Shown: positions 1 to 13,949 of the stretch, piece after piece
Position numbering within the stretch: the first letter of the stretch is position 1
Layout of the letters: every line of letters starts with the position of its first letter
Assembly: GCA_002269645.1 (NCBI GenBank)
Contig: NIVC01000401.1
Location: 124,001 to 188,000, forward strand
DNA: 64,000 nt
Direction of reading: 5' to 3'
Origin: Macrostomum lignano
Taxonomy: Eukaryota
The notes under the pieces: generated by a model
Databases searched by the model: none
What the model was told of the DNA's origin: nothing
Seen by the model: only the letters and a program-made list of their open reading frames with translations
Made by a program: the position numbers and the translations under genes

Positions 1-258
1 GAAACAGTCTGATCACTCATGCAGGGAGTGCAGTGTGACAATCTGGTCACTCAAGCATGGAGTGCAGTGTGACAATCTGGTCACTCAAGCAGGGAGTGCA
101 GTGTGACAATCTGGTCACTCAAGCAGGGAGTGCAGTGTGACAATCTGGTCACTCAAGCAGGGAGTGCAGTGTGACAATCTGGTCACTCAAGCAGGGAGTG
201 CAGTGTGACAATCTGGTCACTCAAGCAGGGAGTGCAGTGTGACAATCTGGTCACTCCA
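1..258. repeat. 34-bp tandem repeat (GACAATCTGGTCACTCAAGCAGGGAGTGCAGTGT), about 7 copies, truncated by window start
   Basis: Unit read directly; near-perfect copies. Confidence 0.95.
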
Positions 259-309
259 ATTGGAGGTTTCGTGTGAAGCAGTCTGGTCTCTCATTCTCAC
301 ACACGGTAG

Positions 310-726
310 GCGATCTGGGACCCAGAGTCGATCTGGCATTCGGAGGCGATATGGGATCCTGAGTCGATCTGTCATTCGGAGGCGATATGGGATTCTGAGT
401 TGATCTGGGATCCTGAGTCGATATGGGATTCTGAGTCGATCTGGGATCCTGAGTCGATATGGGATTCTGAGTCGATCTGGGATCCTGAGTCGATCTGGGA
501 TTCTTAGTCGATTTGGGATCCTGAGTCGATCTGGGATCCTGAGTCGAAATGGGATTCTGAGTCGATCTAGGATCCTGCGTAGATCTGGGATCCTGAGTCG
601 ATCTGGGATCCTGAGTCGATTTGGGATCCTGAGTCGATCTGGGATCCTGAGTCGATCTGGGATCCTGAGTCGATCTGGGATTCTTAGTCGATTTGGGATC
701 CTGAGTCGATCTGGGATCCTGAGTCC
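310..726. repeat. 18-bp tandem repeat (GATCTGGGATCCTGAGTC), about 22 copies
   Basis: Unit read directly; degenerate at the left edge. Confidence 0.93.
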
Positions 727-1744
727 CTAAGCGACTGTAACGGGCGAGTACGAGCTACTTGAGCATAAAAACCTCAGCTTCTGAACTCCATCATTTTTCC
801 TCACAAGTCGTATAATAGCTTGCAAATAGTTCAAAAGTTAAAAAATAGTTTTAATTGCTTAGCTAAAAATTCAGCTTAACAAAATTTTTTTTCGCAAACT
901 GTTGAAATGAATTCTCGATTTTTTTTCGGTACCAATTTCAAAAAAATCTCACCCATGATCTGCTTTAAGCCTGCGCCGCGCCGCCATTGGGTGGTCGAGC
1001 CTGACCTTCTCCACCTTCCTCTCTTAGCACACAACACGCACCTCAGGCACACACACACACCCGACTGCTGCACTGCGCAGTGCTAATATTTTTTCTATAC
1101 CTTTTAACGGTTGCCGCCGCCCGCCAGCAGGGGGTCGCCTTTTTGCCCCACAAGAGGGACGCCCAACACCAACCCCCCCCCCAACACCGCCGCCGCCGCC
1201 CTCACCTCGCCCGCCTTCCACCTTCCAGGTGCAAGCGGCATCTCTCTTTTTTCTTCTTTTTTCTTCTTTCTCTCCTGTCTGTTCTTCTCGTCTTTCCTGT
1301 CGGTCGCCTCAAATTTGCTGATCCTGCACTGCACACGAGGAGGCATAAGAAATATGAAAGAAAAAAACACAGTGGTGCTGAGTCTCTCTCTCTCCACTTA
1401 CTCTGGCGGATCCTTCTGCTTTGCCACGTCTTGGGCCGTTGCTCTCCAGTTGAAAAAGCCTCATTAGACTTAAACCGCTCCGCTCCGCCCCTCTACACTG
1501 CTACTGCTGCTGCTGACCATTCTCTGCGTTATAGACAGGCTGGGTGTGTCAGGCATCTTACATTTGAAGTTCGGTTTCAATCTTTTATTCATTATACAGA
1601 AGCTAGAACCCGCGACTTCTAGAGATAATCACCGCTATGGATGCTAGTTCGTATTTTTAGGAGTCCCTGCCAGAACCCCGCCTTCTGTTTTTCTTAGGCC
1701 TTTATTTCTTGGAAAAAATTTAAAGGCTTCATTTAAATCCGCCC

Positions 1745-2200
1745 CCCCTTCAGCAAGCTTGGCGCCCCCCCTCCTTTTCAGCAAGCTTGGCGCCCCCCCC
1801 CTTTTCAGCAAGCTTGGCGCCCCCCCCCTTCAGCAAGCTTGGCGCCCCCCCCCCTTTCAGCAAGCTTGGCGCCCCCCCTTTTCAGCAAGCTTGGCACCCC
1901 CCCTTTTTAGCAGGCTTGGCCCCCATTTTTCAGCAAGCTTGGCGCCCCCCCCTTTTCAGCAGGCTTGGCGCCCCCCCCCTTTCAGCAAGCTTGGCGCCCC
2001 CCCTCCTTTTCAGCAAGCTTGGCGCCCCCCTTTTCAGCAGGCTTGGCGCCCCCCCCCCCTTTCAGCAAGCTTGGCGCCCCCCCTCCTTTTCAGCAAGCTT
2101 GGCGCCCCCCCCCTTTTTGGCAAGCTTGGCGCCCCCCCCTTTCAGCAAGCTTGGCGCCCCCCCTCCTTTTCAGCAAGCTTGGCGCCCCCCTTTTTAGCAG
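1745..2200. repeat. ~24-26-bp tandem repeat (TTTTCAGCAAGCTTGGCGC + variable poly-C)
   Basis: Unit read directly; accounts for the three overlapping Pro-rich ORFs. Confidence 0.93.
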
Positions 2201-2227
2201 GCTTCGCATGCAATAATGCATCTAAAA

Positions 2228-2496
2228 CAGGGGTTGGAAAACGTTTTTACTTCACGGGCCAGATAGGACGCTTGACTGCGGGCCAGAGGATGGGAGAGAG
2301 GAGAGGGAATAGAGAAAAGAAATCGGAGAAAGAATAGGCGAGAAAATAAAGTAGAAGAGAGGAGAGAATGGAGAGGAGGGGAGATTAGAGAGAAGAGAGC
2401 TGAGAAAAGACACAAATTGGGCTGGATTGCTATTTTGAGATTTTTAAAGGGCCGAGGGCCGGATAGAGAGGCTTTGCGGGCCGGAGTTGGCCGACC
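2228..2496 (+). mobile_element. hAT-Charlie-like (MER58-style) MITE with 3' terminus clipped
   Basis: Starts CAGGGGTTGGAAAACGTTTTTACTTCACGGGCCAGAT and ends GCGGGCCGGAGTTGGCCGACC, resembling Charlie-family termini (CAGGGGTCGGCAAAC...GGGCCAGAT / GTTTGCCGACCCCTG). Preceded by ATCTAAAA. Final CCTG and right TSD are absent. Confidence 0.55.
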
Positions 2497-2577
2497 GATT
2501 TTATAGGATTTGTTGGTAAGTCGACTAGCAATAAATCTGCTTTTTGAAGTGATTTTAAGTCATCCTATAAGAGATCA

Positions 2578-2925
2578 GTTCGATAGAGACTAGATCAGGA
2601 TGATAGAGACTAGATCAGGATGATAGAGACTAGATCAGGATGATAGAGACTAGATCAGGATGATAGAGACTAGATCAGGATGATACAGACTAGATCAGGA
2701 TGATAGAGACTAGATCAGGATGATAGAGACTGGATCAGGATGATAGAGACTAGATCAGGATGATAGAGACTAGATCAGGATGATAGAGACTGGATCAGGA
2801 TGATAGAGACTAGATCAGGATGATAGAGACTAGATCAGGATGATAGAAACTGGATCAGGATGATAGAGACTGGATCAGGATGATACAGACTAGATCAGGA
2901 TGATAGAGACTAGATCAGGATGATA
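2578..2925. repeat. 20-bp tandem repeat (GATAGAGACTAGATCAGGAT), about 17 copies
   Basis: Unit read directly. Confidence 0.95.
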
Positions 2926-3879
2926 GGACTAAAAGGTCCGATAAAATACGAGCAGCTTTAGCTTGGTTCGCTCGTTCACCGAGTTTATTCAAGCAAAATA
3001 TCGGTGATTCTAACCAGATTTTTTATCTAGCTAGACAGACCAAACAGGCTGTTATACTAATATAATGTTTGAACAATCAAAGCCGAGTTCGACTGAAAGG
3101 ATGAGACCGCGCGTGTGTGCTCTGTGCAGAGTCTTCTGAAAGCATTATGGCTGCAATGACTGCAGTGCCTCTTCCTCTTTCCCTCCTCTTCCTCTTCAAG
3201 TCCCAGAGGCAAGGTGTGTTCGCCCCTGGCAGCAGCCAGTGCAAAAGCAGACTGGGCAAGGCTGCAGCCGCCATCGGGGCTTTCATTTTAGCGGCAAACA
3301 TCAAAGGCGCCGTAAGCCCCCCCCCCTTTACCGACCCACCCACTAAACCCGTTTTTCTCTGCTCTTGAGACGAAGAGGGGGTGGGGCATTGGGGGGTCCA
3401 TGACAGGGGACAGAGGGGGGTCGCCGGCACAATAGGCCCGGCCTTCTCCAACTGGTCCAGGCTGAGCTGGCAACCCCAGCTTGGCTTGGGCCTATTGGAA
3501 GTTTTATAATACATTTTGGGCCACGCCCCGAACTGGCCAGCACCTCAAGCCATTGGGAAACAGGGGTGGTGGAGGCGAGGGGTTGGGTTCTTTGGTGGGG
3601 CGGTGGGTTGAACTTGAAAGCTCCGCCGCCGTGTCTGTCTGCTTTTTAGCAGCGCAGTTCAATTTTTTGCTAGCGGATCTGTCACTCCGTCTGGCGGACA
3701 AGACCTGTCATTATTAATCGACTCATCATATTCATACATAATCAGCGATTGCTATTTTTGCCACTGATTGAACCTTCTGGTTTCCAAAAGGTTTTATAGG
3801 ATTTGTTTGAGTTGGTAAGTCGACTAGCAATAAATCTGCTTTTTGAAGTGATTTCAAGTCATCCTATAAGTGATCAGGC

Positions 3880-6800
3880 CGATAGAGACTAGATCAGGAT
3901 GATAGAGACTAGATCAGGTTGATAGAGACTAGATCAGGCGGATAGAGATAAAATAAAAGATATTGAAAGCTGTGTAGTGCTGACAGTCAGAGACTAGATC
4001 ACAGAGACTAGATCACAGAGACTAGATCACAGAGACTAGACCACAGAGACTAGATCACAGAGACTAGATCACAGAGACTAGACCACAGAGACTAGATCAC
4101 AGAGACTAGATCACAGAGACTAGATCACAGAGACTAGATCACAGAGACTAGATCACAGAGACTAGATCACAGAGACTAGATCACAGAGACTAGATCACAG
4201 AGACTAGATCACAGAGACTAGATCACAGAGACTAGATCACAGAGACTAGATCACAGAGACTAGATCACAGAGACTAGATCACAGAGACTAGATCACAGAG
4301 ACTAGATCACAGAGACTAGATCACAGAGACTAGATCACAGAGACTAGATCACAGAGACTAGATCACAGAGACTAGATCACAGAGACTAGATCACAGAGAC
4401 TAGATCACAGAGACTAGATCACAGAGACTAGATCACAGAGACTAGATCACAGAGACTAGATCACAGAGACTAGATCACAGAGACTAGATCACAGAGACTA
4501 GATCACAGAGACTAGATCACAGAGACTAGATCACAGAGACTAGATCACAGAGACTAGATCACAGAGACTAGATCACAGAGACTAGATCACAGAGACTAGA
4601 TCACAGAGACTAGATCACAGAGACTAGATCACAGAGACTAGATCACAGAGACTAGATCACAGAGACTAGATCACAGAGACTAGATCACAGAGACTAGATC
4701 ACAGAGACTAGATCACAGAGACTAGATCACAGAGACTAGATCACAGAGACTAGATCACAGAGACTAGATCACAGAGACTAGATCACAGAGACTAGATCAC
4801 AGAGACTAGATCACAGAGACTAGATCACAGAGACTAGATCACAGAGACTAGATCACAGAGACTAGATCACAGAGACTAGATCACAGAGACTAGATCACAG
4901 AGACTAGATCACAGAGACTAGATCACAGAGACTAGATCACAGAGACTAGATCACAGAGACTAGATCACAGAGACTAGATCACAGAGACTAGATCACAGAG
5001 ACTAGATCACAGAGACTAGATCACAGAGACTAGATCACAGAGACTAGATCACAGAGACTAGATCACAGAGACTAGATCACAGAGACTAGATCACAGAGAC
5101 TAGATCACAGAGACTAGATCACAGAGACTAGATCACAGAGACTAGATCACAGAGACTAGATCACAGAGACTAGATCACAGAGACTAGATCACAGAGACTA
5201 GATCACAGAGACTAGATCACAGAGACTAGATCACAGAGACTAGATCACAGAGACTAGATCACAGAGACTAGATCACAGAGACTAGATCACAGAGACTAGA
5301 TCACAGAGACTAGATCACAGAGACTAGATCACAGAGACTAGATCACAGAGACTAGATCACAGAGACTAGATCACAGAGACTAGATCACAGAGACTAGATC
5401 ACAGAGACTAGATCACAGAGACTAGATCACAGAGACTAGATCACAGAGACTAGATCACAGAGACTAGATCACAGAGACTAGATCACAGAGACTAGATCAC
5501 AGAGACTAGATCACAGAGACTAGATCACAGAGACTAGATCACAGAGACTAGATCACAGAGACTAGATCACAGAGACTAGATCACAGAGACTAGATCACAG
5601 AGACTAGATCACAGAGACTAGATCACAGAGACTAGATCACAGAGACTAGATCACAGAGACTAGATCACAGAGACTAGATCACAGAGACTAGATCACAGAG
5701 ACTAGATCACAGAGACTAGATCACAGAGACTAGATCACAGAGACTAGATCACAGAGACTAGATCACAGAGACTAGATCACAGAGACTAGATCACAGAGAC
5801 TAGATCACAGAGACTAGATCACAGAGACTAGATCACAGAGACTAGATCACAGAGACTAGATCACAGAGACTAGATCACAGAGACTAGATCACAGAGACTA
5901 GATCACAGAGACTAGATCACAGAGACTAGATCACAGAGACTAGATCACAGAGACTAGATCACAGAGACTAGATCACAGAGACTAGATCACAGAGACTAGA
6001 TCACAGAGACTAGATCACAGAGACTAGATCACAGAGACTAGATCACAGAGACTAGATCACAGAGACTAGATCACAGAGACTAGATCACAGAGACTAGATC
6101 ACAGAGACTAGATTACAGAGACTAGATTACAGAGACTAGATCAGGCGGATAGAGATAAAATAAAATATATTGAAAGCTGTGTAGTGCTGACAGTCAGAGA
6201 CTAGATTTTAGACACTAGATCACAGAGACTAGATCACAGAGACTAGATCACAGAGACTAGATCACAGAGACTAGATCACAGAGACTAGATCACAGAGACT
6301 AGATCACAAAGACTAGATCACAGAGACTAGATCACAGAGACTAGATCACAGAGACTAGATCACAGAGACTAGATCACAGAGACTAGATCACAGAGACTAC
6401 TATCACAGAGACTAGATCACAGAGACTAGATCACAGAGACTAGATCACAGAGACTAGATCACAGAGACTAGATCACAGAGACTAGATCACAGAGACTAGA
6501 TCACAGAGACTAGATCACAGAGACTAGATTACAGAGACTAGATTACAGAGACTAGATCAGGCGGATAGAGATAAAATAAAATATATTGAAAGCTGTGTAG
6601 TGCTGACAGTCAGAGACTAGATTTTAGACACTAGATCACAGAGACTAGATCACAGAGACTAGATCACAGAGACTAGATCACAGAGACTAGATCACAGAGA
6701 CTAGATCACAGAGACTAGATCACAAAGACTAGATCACAGAGACTAGATCACAGAGACTAGATCACAGAGACTAGATCACAGAGACTAGATCACAGAGACT

Positions 6801-9090
6801 AGATCACAGAGACTACTATCACAGAGACTAGATCACAGAGACTAGATCACAGAGACTATATCACAGAGACTAGATCACAGAGACTAGATCACAAAGACTA
6901 GATCACAGAGACTAGATCACAGAGACTAGATCACAGAGACTAGATCACAGAGACTAGATCACAGAGACTAGATCACAGAGACTAGATCACAGAGACTAGA
7001 TCACAGAGACTAGATCACAGAGACTAGATCACAGAGACTAGATCACAGAGACTAGATCACAGAGACTAGATCACAGAGACTAGATCACAGAGACTAGATC
7101 ACAGAGACTAGATCACAGAGACTAGATCACAGAGACTAGATCACAGAGACTAGATTACAGAGACTAGATTACAGAGACTAGATCAGGCGGATAGAGATAA
7201 AATAAAATATATTGAAAGCTGTGTAGTGCTGACAGTCAGAGACTAGATTTTAGACACTAGATCACAGAGACTAGATCACAGAGACTAGATCACAGAGACT
7301 AGATCACAGAGACTAGATCACAGAGACTAGATCACAGAGACTAGATCACAAAGACTAGATCACAGAGACTAGATCACAGAGACTAGATCACAGAGACTAG
7401 ATCACAGAGACTAGATCACAGAGACTAGATCACAGAGACTACTATCACAGAGACTAGATCACAGAGACTAGATCACAGAGACTAGATCACAGAGACTAGA
7501 TCACAGAGACTAGATCACAGAGACTAGATCACAGAGACTAGATCACAGAGACTAGATCACAGAGACTAGATTACAGAGACTAGATTACAGAGACTAGATC
7601 AGGCGGATAGAGATAAAATAAAATATATTGAAAGCTGTGTAGTGCTGACAGTCAGAGACTAGATTTTAGACACTAGATCACAGAGACTAGATCACAGAGA
7701 CTAGATCACAGAGACTAGATCACAGAGACTAGATCACAGAGACTAGATCACAGAGACTAGATCACAAAGACTAGATCACAGAGACTAGATCACAGAGACT
7801 AGATCACAGAGACTAGATCACAGAGACTAGATCACAGAGACTAGATCACAGAGACTACTATCACAGAGACTAGATCACAGAGACTAGATCACAGAGACTA
7901 TATCACAGAGACTAGATCACAGAGACTAGATCACAGAGACTAGATCACAGAGACTAGATCACAGAGACTAGATCACAGAGACTAGATCACAGAGACTAGA
8001 TCACAGAGACTAGATCACAGAGACTAGATCACAGAGACTATATCACAGAGACTAGATCACAGAGACTAGATCACAAAGACTAGATCACAGAGACTAGATC
8101 ACAGAGACTAGATCACAGAGACTAGATCACAGAGACTAGATCACAGAGACTAGATCACAGAGACTAGATCACAGAGACTAGATCACAGAGACTAGATCAC
8201 AGAGACTAGATCACAGAGACTAGATCACAGAGACTAGATCACAGAGACTAGATCACAGAGACTAGATTACAGAGACTAGATTACAGAGACTAGATCAGGC
8301 GGATAGAGATAAAATAAAATATATTGAAAGCTGTGTAGTGCTGACAGTCAGAGACTAGATTTTAGACACTAGATCACAGAGACTAGATCACAGAGACTAG
8401 ATCACAGAGACTAGATCACAGAGACTAGATCACAGAGACTAGATCACAGAGACTAGATCACAAAGACTAGATCACAGAGACTAGATCACAGAGACTAGAT
8501 CACAGAGACTAGATCACAGAGACTAGATCACAGAGACTAGATCACAGAGACTACTATCACAGAGACTAGATCACAGAGACTAGATCACAGAGACTATATC
8601 ACAGAGACTAGATCACAGAGACTAGATCACAGAGACTAGATCACAGAGACTAGATCACAGAGACTAGATCACAGAGACTAGATCACAGAGACTAGATCAC
8701 AGAGACTAGATCACAAAGACTAGATCACAGAGACTAGATCACAGAGACTAGATCACAGAGACTAGATCACAGAGACTAGATCACAGAGACTAGATCACAG
8801 AGACTAGATCACAGAGACTAGATCACAGAGACTAGATCACAGAGACTAGATCACAGAGACTAGATCACAGAGACTAGATCACAGAGACTAGATCACAGAG
8901 ACTAGATCACAGAGACTAGATCACAAAGACTAGATCACAGAGACTAGATCACAGAGACTAGATCACAGAGACTAGATCACAGAGACTAGATCACAGAGAC
9001 TAGATCACAGAGACTAGATCACAGAGACTAGATCACAGAGACTAGATCACAGAGACTAGATCACAGAGACTAGATCACAGAGACTAGATC
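3880..9090. repeat. 14-bp satellite (AGAGACTAGATCAC), over 300 copies, interrupted six times by a ~75-bp cassette
   Basis: Unit read directly; cassette CAGGCGGATAGAGATAAAATAAAA...GCTGACAGTC at 3935, 6142, 6558, 7184, 7600 and 8296. Confidence 0.97.
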
Positions 9091-10069
9091 AACAAATGTG
9101 GTGTTAGAAATCATTTTTAGATAATAAGACGAGTTTCTAAAGATTATGAAAGACTCAGAATGTAAGTCGAAGTTGAGTGCTGTACAGATTAGATCAGTTT
9201 ATTCCCACCTGCGGAAAAAGCTTACTGCATATCATTAACGCGCAATTATATATTTTTATTACATATATGACCCTAGGGGAGGGGCATATATGAAGGCAAC
9301 CCTAAAGCCATTCCGCAGTTTCTATTATCCCAATTTTTAGTGTTCCGCCGCCATCCTGCACTATGCGCGCATCAAATTGTAAAAGAATCCGAGCGAGAAA
9401 GTTTTAGAAGAGCAGCATGCAGCCTCCAAGGGAGAAACTGCCAATAGTTAGGGGAAGGCGTGGCCGCGGTAGAACTTATTTATACACCTCTCGCTTTTGC
9501 AACTCGTATAAGGCTGGGAGGCACTGCAGGTGCATTATGCCTGTATTGTAACTACAGCCTCCATACAGGGCATTTTTTACAACTCGCTTCGTATGGCCCG
9601 CCTTTATCGGCGTTTTTTGATGCACAAAATCTCTGTCTTACTTTTTATTCTCTTCGACTATCTCGACCTCGCCGAATTGAAGTATTGGCTGCCCAGGTGT
9701 GCCAGGTACATCTCGCAAGATTAATTCAGTGTTAAAAATGCATTGTGAGAACTGCAGAACAAGTTTTATGTTGTCGATTGTCATTTCGGAATTATCGCAG
9801 ACAAATATAGGTTTAAAAAGAATACGAAAAGGTTAATTAAAACGAATGGTTGCTTATTTTGTGTGAATGAGCTAAATTCCTGAGACCGAGTTCTATGGGT
9901 GAGAAAATTCTAGCAATCATTTATAGGCGACACCATAATTTCTTTCTTGATATTGCATCCAGGTCAGTTGGTAAACAAGTTCAATACAGCTTTTTATTTA
10001 CATATGGCTAAGTTTTTATCTCAGAATAACAAACTATAGTGATACGTAGTTACATATAGTTTTGAGCAG

Positions 10070-10797
10070 ATAGTGACATTGATAGTAAGAGAGTAAAATT
10101 GGTAGTAAGAGAGTGACATTGGAAGTAAGAGAGTGACATTAGGAGTAAGAGAGTGACATTAGGAGTAAGAGAGTGACATTGGTAGTAAGAGAGTGACATT
10201 AGGAGTAAGAGAGTGACATTAGGAGTAAGAGAGTGACATTGGTAGTAAGAGAGTGACATTAGGAGTAAGAGAGTGACATTAGGAGTAAGAGAGTGACATT
10301 AGGAGTAAGAGAGTGACATTAGGAGTAAGAGAGTGACATTAGGAGTAAGAGAGTGACATTAGGAGTAAGAGAGTGACATTAGGAGTAAGAGAGTGACATT
10401 AGGAGTAAGAGAGTGACATTAGGAGTAAGAGAGTGACATTAGGAGTAAGAGAGTGACATTAGGAGTAAGAGAGTGACATTAGGAGTAAGAGAGTGACATT
10501 AGGAGTAAGAGAGTGACATTAGGAGTAAGAGAGTGACATTAGGAGTAAGAGAGTGACATTGGTAGTAAGAGAGTGACATTAGGAGTAAGAGAGTGACATT
10601 AGGAGTAAGAGAGTGACATTAGGAGTAAGAGAGTGACATTAGGAGTAAGAGAGTGACATTAGGAGTAAGAGAGTGACATTGGTAGTAAGAGAGTGACATT
10701 AGGAGTAAGAGAGTGACATTAGGAGTAAGAGAGTGATATTGGTAGTAAGAGAGTGACATTAGGAGTAAGAGAGTGATATTGGGGGTAAGAGAGTGAC
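10070..10797. repeat. 20-bp tandem repeat (GAGTGACATTAGGAGTAAGA), about 36 copies
   Basis: Unit read directly. Confidence 0.96.
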
Positions 10798-11859
10798 CAA
10801 GAGACAGGGCGCTCACCAAGAGACAGTGGCGCCCACATGTCAAATATTGGCGCCCCTTAGGGTTGTGCCCCTTCAATTGAAATCCCTGCATGGGCAGTCC
10901 AACTACATGACAATCTATGGCGGAAGTTGGGAAACCGGAAACGCGGCCGGGAACTTTTGACTTTCATGGTTGCTAAGCCTTTGGTTTGCTACACACACAT
11001 AGAGACATTATCCAACAACCCAAGTTTTGACAGCCTTCAAACTGTAATCGAACCAGCTATATACAGTCACCAAACATGGCAAAGCTTGCGCAAAGCTTGC
11101 GCAATCGGGTCCATGACGGAATCCACCTAAACTTGGCTGATGGTCATTTGCGCTTCTATATATTTATCAGTGCGCGCTGGTCCATGCAGCGCACGGAGCC
11201 ACAGCCTGTGCCATAGACAGCCAATCCATGCGAAAACAAGGACTGGGAGGTGTTGCGTTTCCTTTCCTATGCATAAAATGCCTTCACAACTTGTTGCTGG
11301 GCCAGCCTGTGTGTGTGTCCAGTGTGGGTGGCCCTTCTCACATTTTCTAATTGCCTCCCAACAGGAAATCTCTCCCTCTCACCGCCCCCCCCCTGCGGCG
11401 GCCTGCAGGTCCTATAAAAGTGATTTTTGTATCCCAAGCCCAAAACTATTCACTGTTTACACTACACACACATGTGCTCCGGGTTGCTAGGCAAAAAGAG
11501 GCAGACACATTTCGACACCCCTTTGACCAGGCGCGAAGAGGGAAATTTCCATGCACAAGTTTGTGTGTACAACACCTTTCCTATTCTAATGAATGCATAA
11601 ACAAATGCGCATAAACGGTTTAGTTTTGTCACTATATGGCTAAAACTAAACAGCATCGTATATTGGAAGGGAACAGTGTGTCGCGGTGTACACTTCTCCT
11701 CAACCCCCATCATAAACTGATTCTAAATTTAGTTGCTATACGTACTGACTGTATGAGGCTTTTGTTGTGGATAAAAACTGATTTTATCCACAGTTGAGGC
11801 AACCTTTTTTCCGTTACGAGCGGATGTAGACTTCAGAGAGAGGTGGAGAGGGAGAATGA

Positions 11860-12875
11860 GAGATGGTAGGGTCAGCGAGAGAACGGGGAGAGGGTAGTCA
11901 GATGAGAGAGAGAGAGAGGTATAGAGATAGAGGGTACAGAGTCAGAGTGGTGGAGTCAGAGAGGGTGCAGTCAGAGAGGAAAAGTCAGAGAGGGAGAGTC
12001 AGAGAGGGGAGAGTCAGAGAGACAGAGTCAGAGAGGGAGAGACAGTGAGGGAGAGACAGAGAGGGAGAGTCAGAGAGGGCACAGTCAGAGAGGGAGAGTC
12101 AGAGAGGGAGAGACAGAGAGGGAGAGACAGAGAGGGAGAGTCAGAGAGGGCACAGTCAGAGAGGGAGAGACAGAGAGGGGAGAGTCAGAGAGGGAGAGAC
12201 AGAGAGGGAGAGACAGAGAGGGTACAGTCAGAGAGGGGAGAGTCAGAGAGACAGAGTCAGAGAGGGAGGGACATAGAGGGAGAGACACACAGGGATAGTC
12301 AGAGAGAAAGAGACAGAGAGGGAGAGTCAGAGAGGGGGAGTCAGAGAGACAGAGTCAGAGAGGGAGGGACATAGAGGGAGAGACACACAGGGATAGTCAG
12401 AGAGGGAGAGTCAGAGAGGGGAGAGTCAGAGAGGGACAGTCAGAGAGGGAGAGACAGAGAGGGGAGAGCCAGAGAGGGAGAGACAGAGAGGGAGAGTCAG
12501 AGAGGGCACAGTCAGAGAGGGGAGAGTCAGAGAGGGAGAGACACAGAGGGATAGTCAGAGAGGGAGAGACAGAGAGGCAGAGACAGAGAGCGAGAGTCAG
12601 AGAGGTCACAGTCAGAGAGGGAGAGTCAGAGAGAGCACAGTCAGAGAGGGAGAGCCAGAGAGGGGAGAGACATAGAGGGCACAGTCAAAGAGGGAGAGAC
12701 ATAGAGGGCACAGTGAGAGAGGGGACAGTCAGAGAGGGAGAGACAGAGAGGGGAGAGTCAGAGAGGGAGAGACAGAGAGGGAGAGTCAGGGAGGGCACAG
12801 TCAGAGAGAGGAGAGACAGAGAGGGAGAGACAGAGAGGGAGAGACAGAGAGGGAGAGTCTGAGAGGGCAGAGTCC
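11860..12875. repeat. GA-rich low-complexity repeat (GAGAGGGAGAGTCA / GAGAGGGAGAGACA variants)
   Basis: Strongly purine-biased strand about 1 kb upstream of the Sp5 ATG. Confidence 0.92.
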
Positions 12876-13949
12876 GAGGGTCTAAGATAGGAACTTCGAA
12901 ATTGATTTTCACAAAGGGATTTCTGAACCGAAATTGAGCACAGGGATTCTTTTAACGTGGAAGGGAAACTGCTGTCTCAAAGAATTCGGGAGCACAATGA
13001 GCCCTGTCCCCTGAGTTTCTCTTACTTTCTAATGCAGAATCAATCAAATACGGTTCAACTAAATCCATCTTGTTAACATTTGGTAGCAACCAAAACAAGA
13101 GGCTGGTTGCCCGAGTCAGGTGGGTCCCAAAAAATTTAAGTTGCCCATGACAACTGCCGTCCCCCCCACACTGTCCAGGTAGGTGGTCGCGATTGTCACC
13201 TGAAGGTCAGGCAGGCTACCTTTCTCCCCCCCCCCAGGTCTGCCTCCTCCCCCCTGCGGACAAAAAAAGAGATTTCGGACAGAACTGGGGGGTCGAGAGT
13301 GATGACGCCATAGCGACGAAACAAGACAAGCCTGCAGTCTCCCAACTTCACAGCGCATTTGTTTGTAGGCGGGTGTAAGGCTGACTGGGCGCCACCAATT
13401 ATCCCATCAAGGGTATCCAGGGCAGCAACAGGTCCTGGGGGTGGGTGGCGGTGTGCTCATGTTCCCCGCGGGGATTCCAAATTCCTCAGCTTGTTTATAA
13501 TCCCATTTCTCTCTTGAGGCGGCGGGGATTGTCCAGAAGGACCAGCAAAACTTTTCCAGTTGCGTCATTTCGGGGCGCCTGGTGTGGGAACTGGGGCGTG
13601 GGGCCTGACTGATGAGGAGGAGGAGCTGGGTCTCCGAGGCTGTGGATGCAGGGGCGGCTGATTGGAGGGGGCGGGAATGAACCATAGGCAAAGCTGGGGC
13701 CGCCCCTCCGCTGCCATTGGTCTCCACAGTCTGCCGGACCCCGCCCACCCGTGTTTTGGCAAAGTCGCCCCCGCCCAAATCTTCCCACCCTCCTCCTCCC
13801 CCTGTCTCCTGCTGCTTTATAAATTCACCAACTCCCGCGCTGGAATCCACCAATTTGTCCCATCCTTTTGAATCCACTGACACAGCATTTTATCCCCTGC
13901 TATCAACTTTTTTGTGCAGTTGCTGCAGTAGCAAAACGAGGAGAGAATC

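Noticed and set aside
3935-9090. CRISPR-like appearance of repeats with interspersed cassettes
   Set aside because: Eukaryotic context, the cassettes are identical rather than unique spacers, and there are no cas genes.
11766-11792. Perfect 11-bp-stem hairpin whose arms are DnaA-box sequences (TGTGGATAA / TTATCCACA)
   Set aside because: Isolated palindrome in animal DNA with no bacterial context; most likely chance or a small repeat end.
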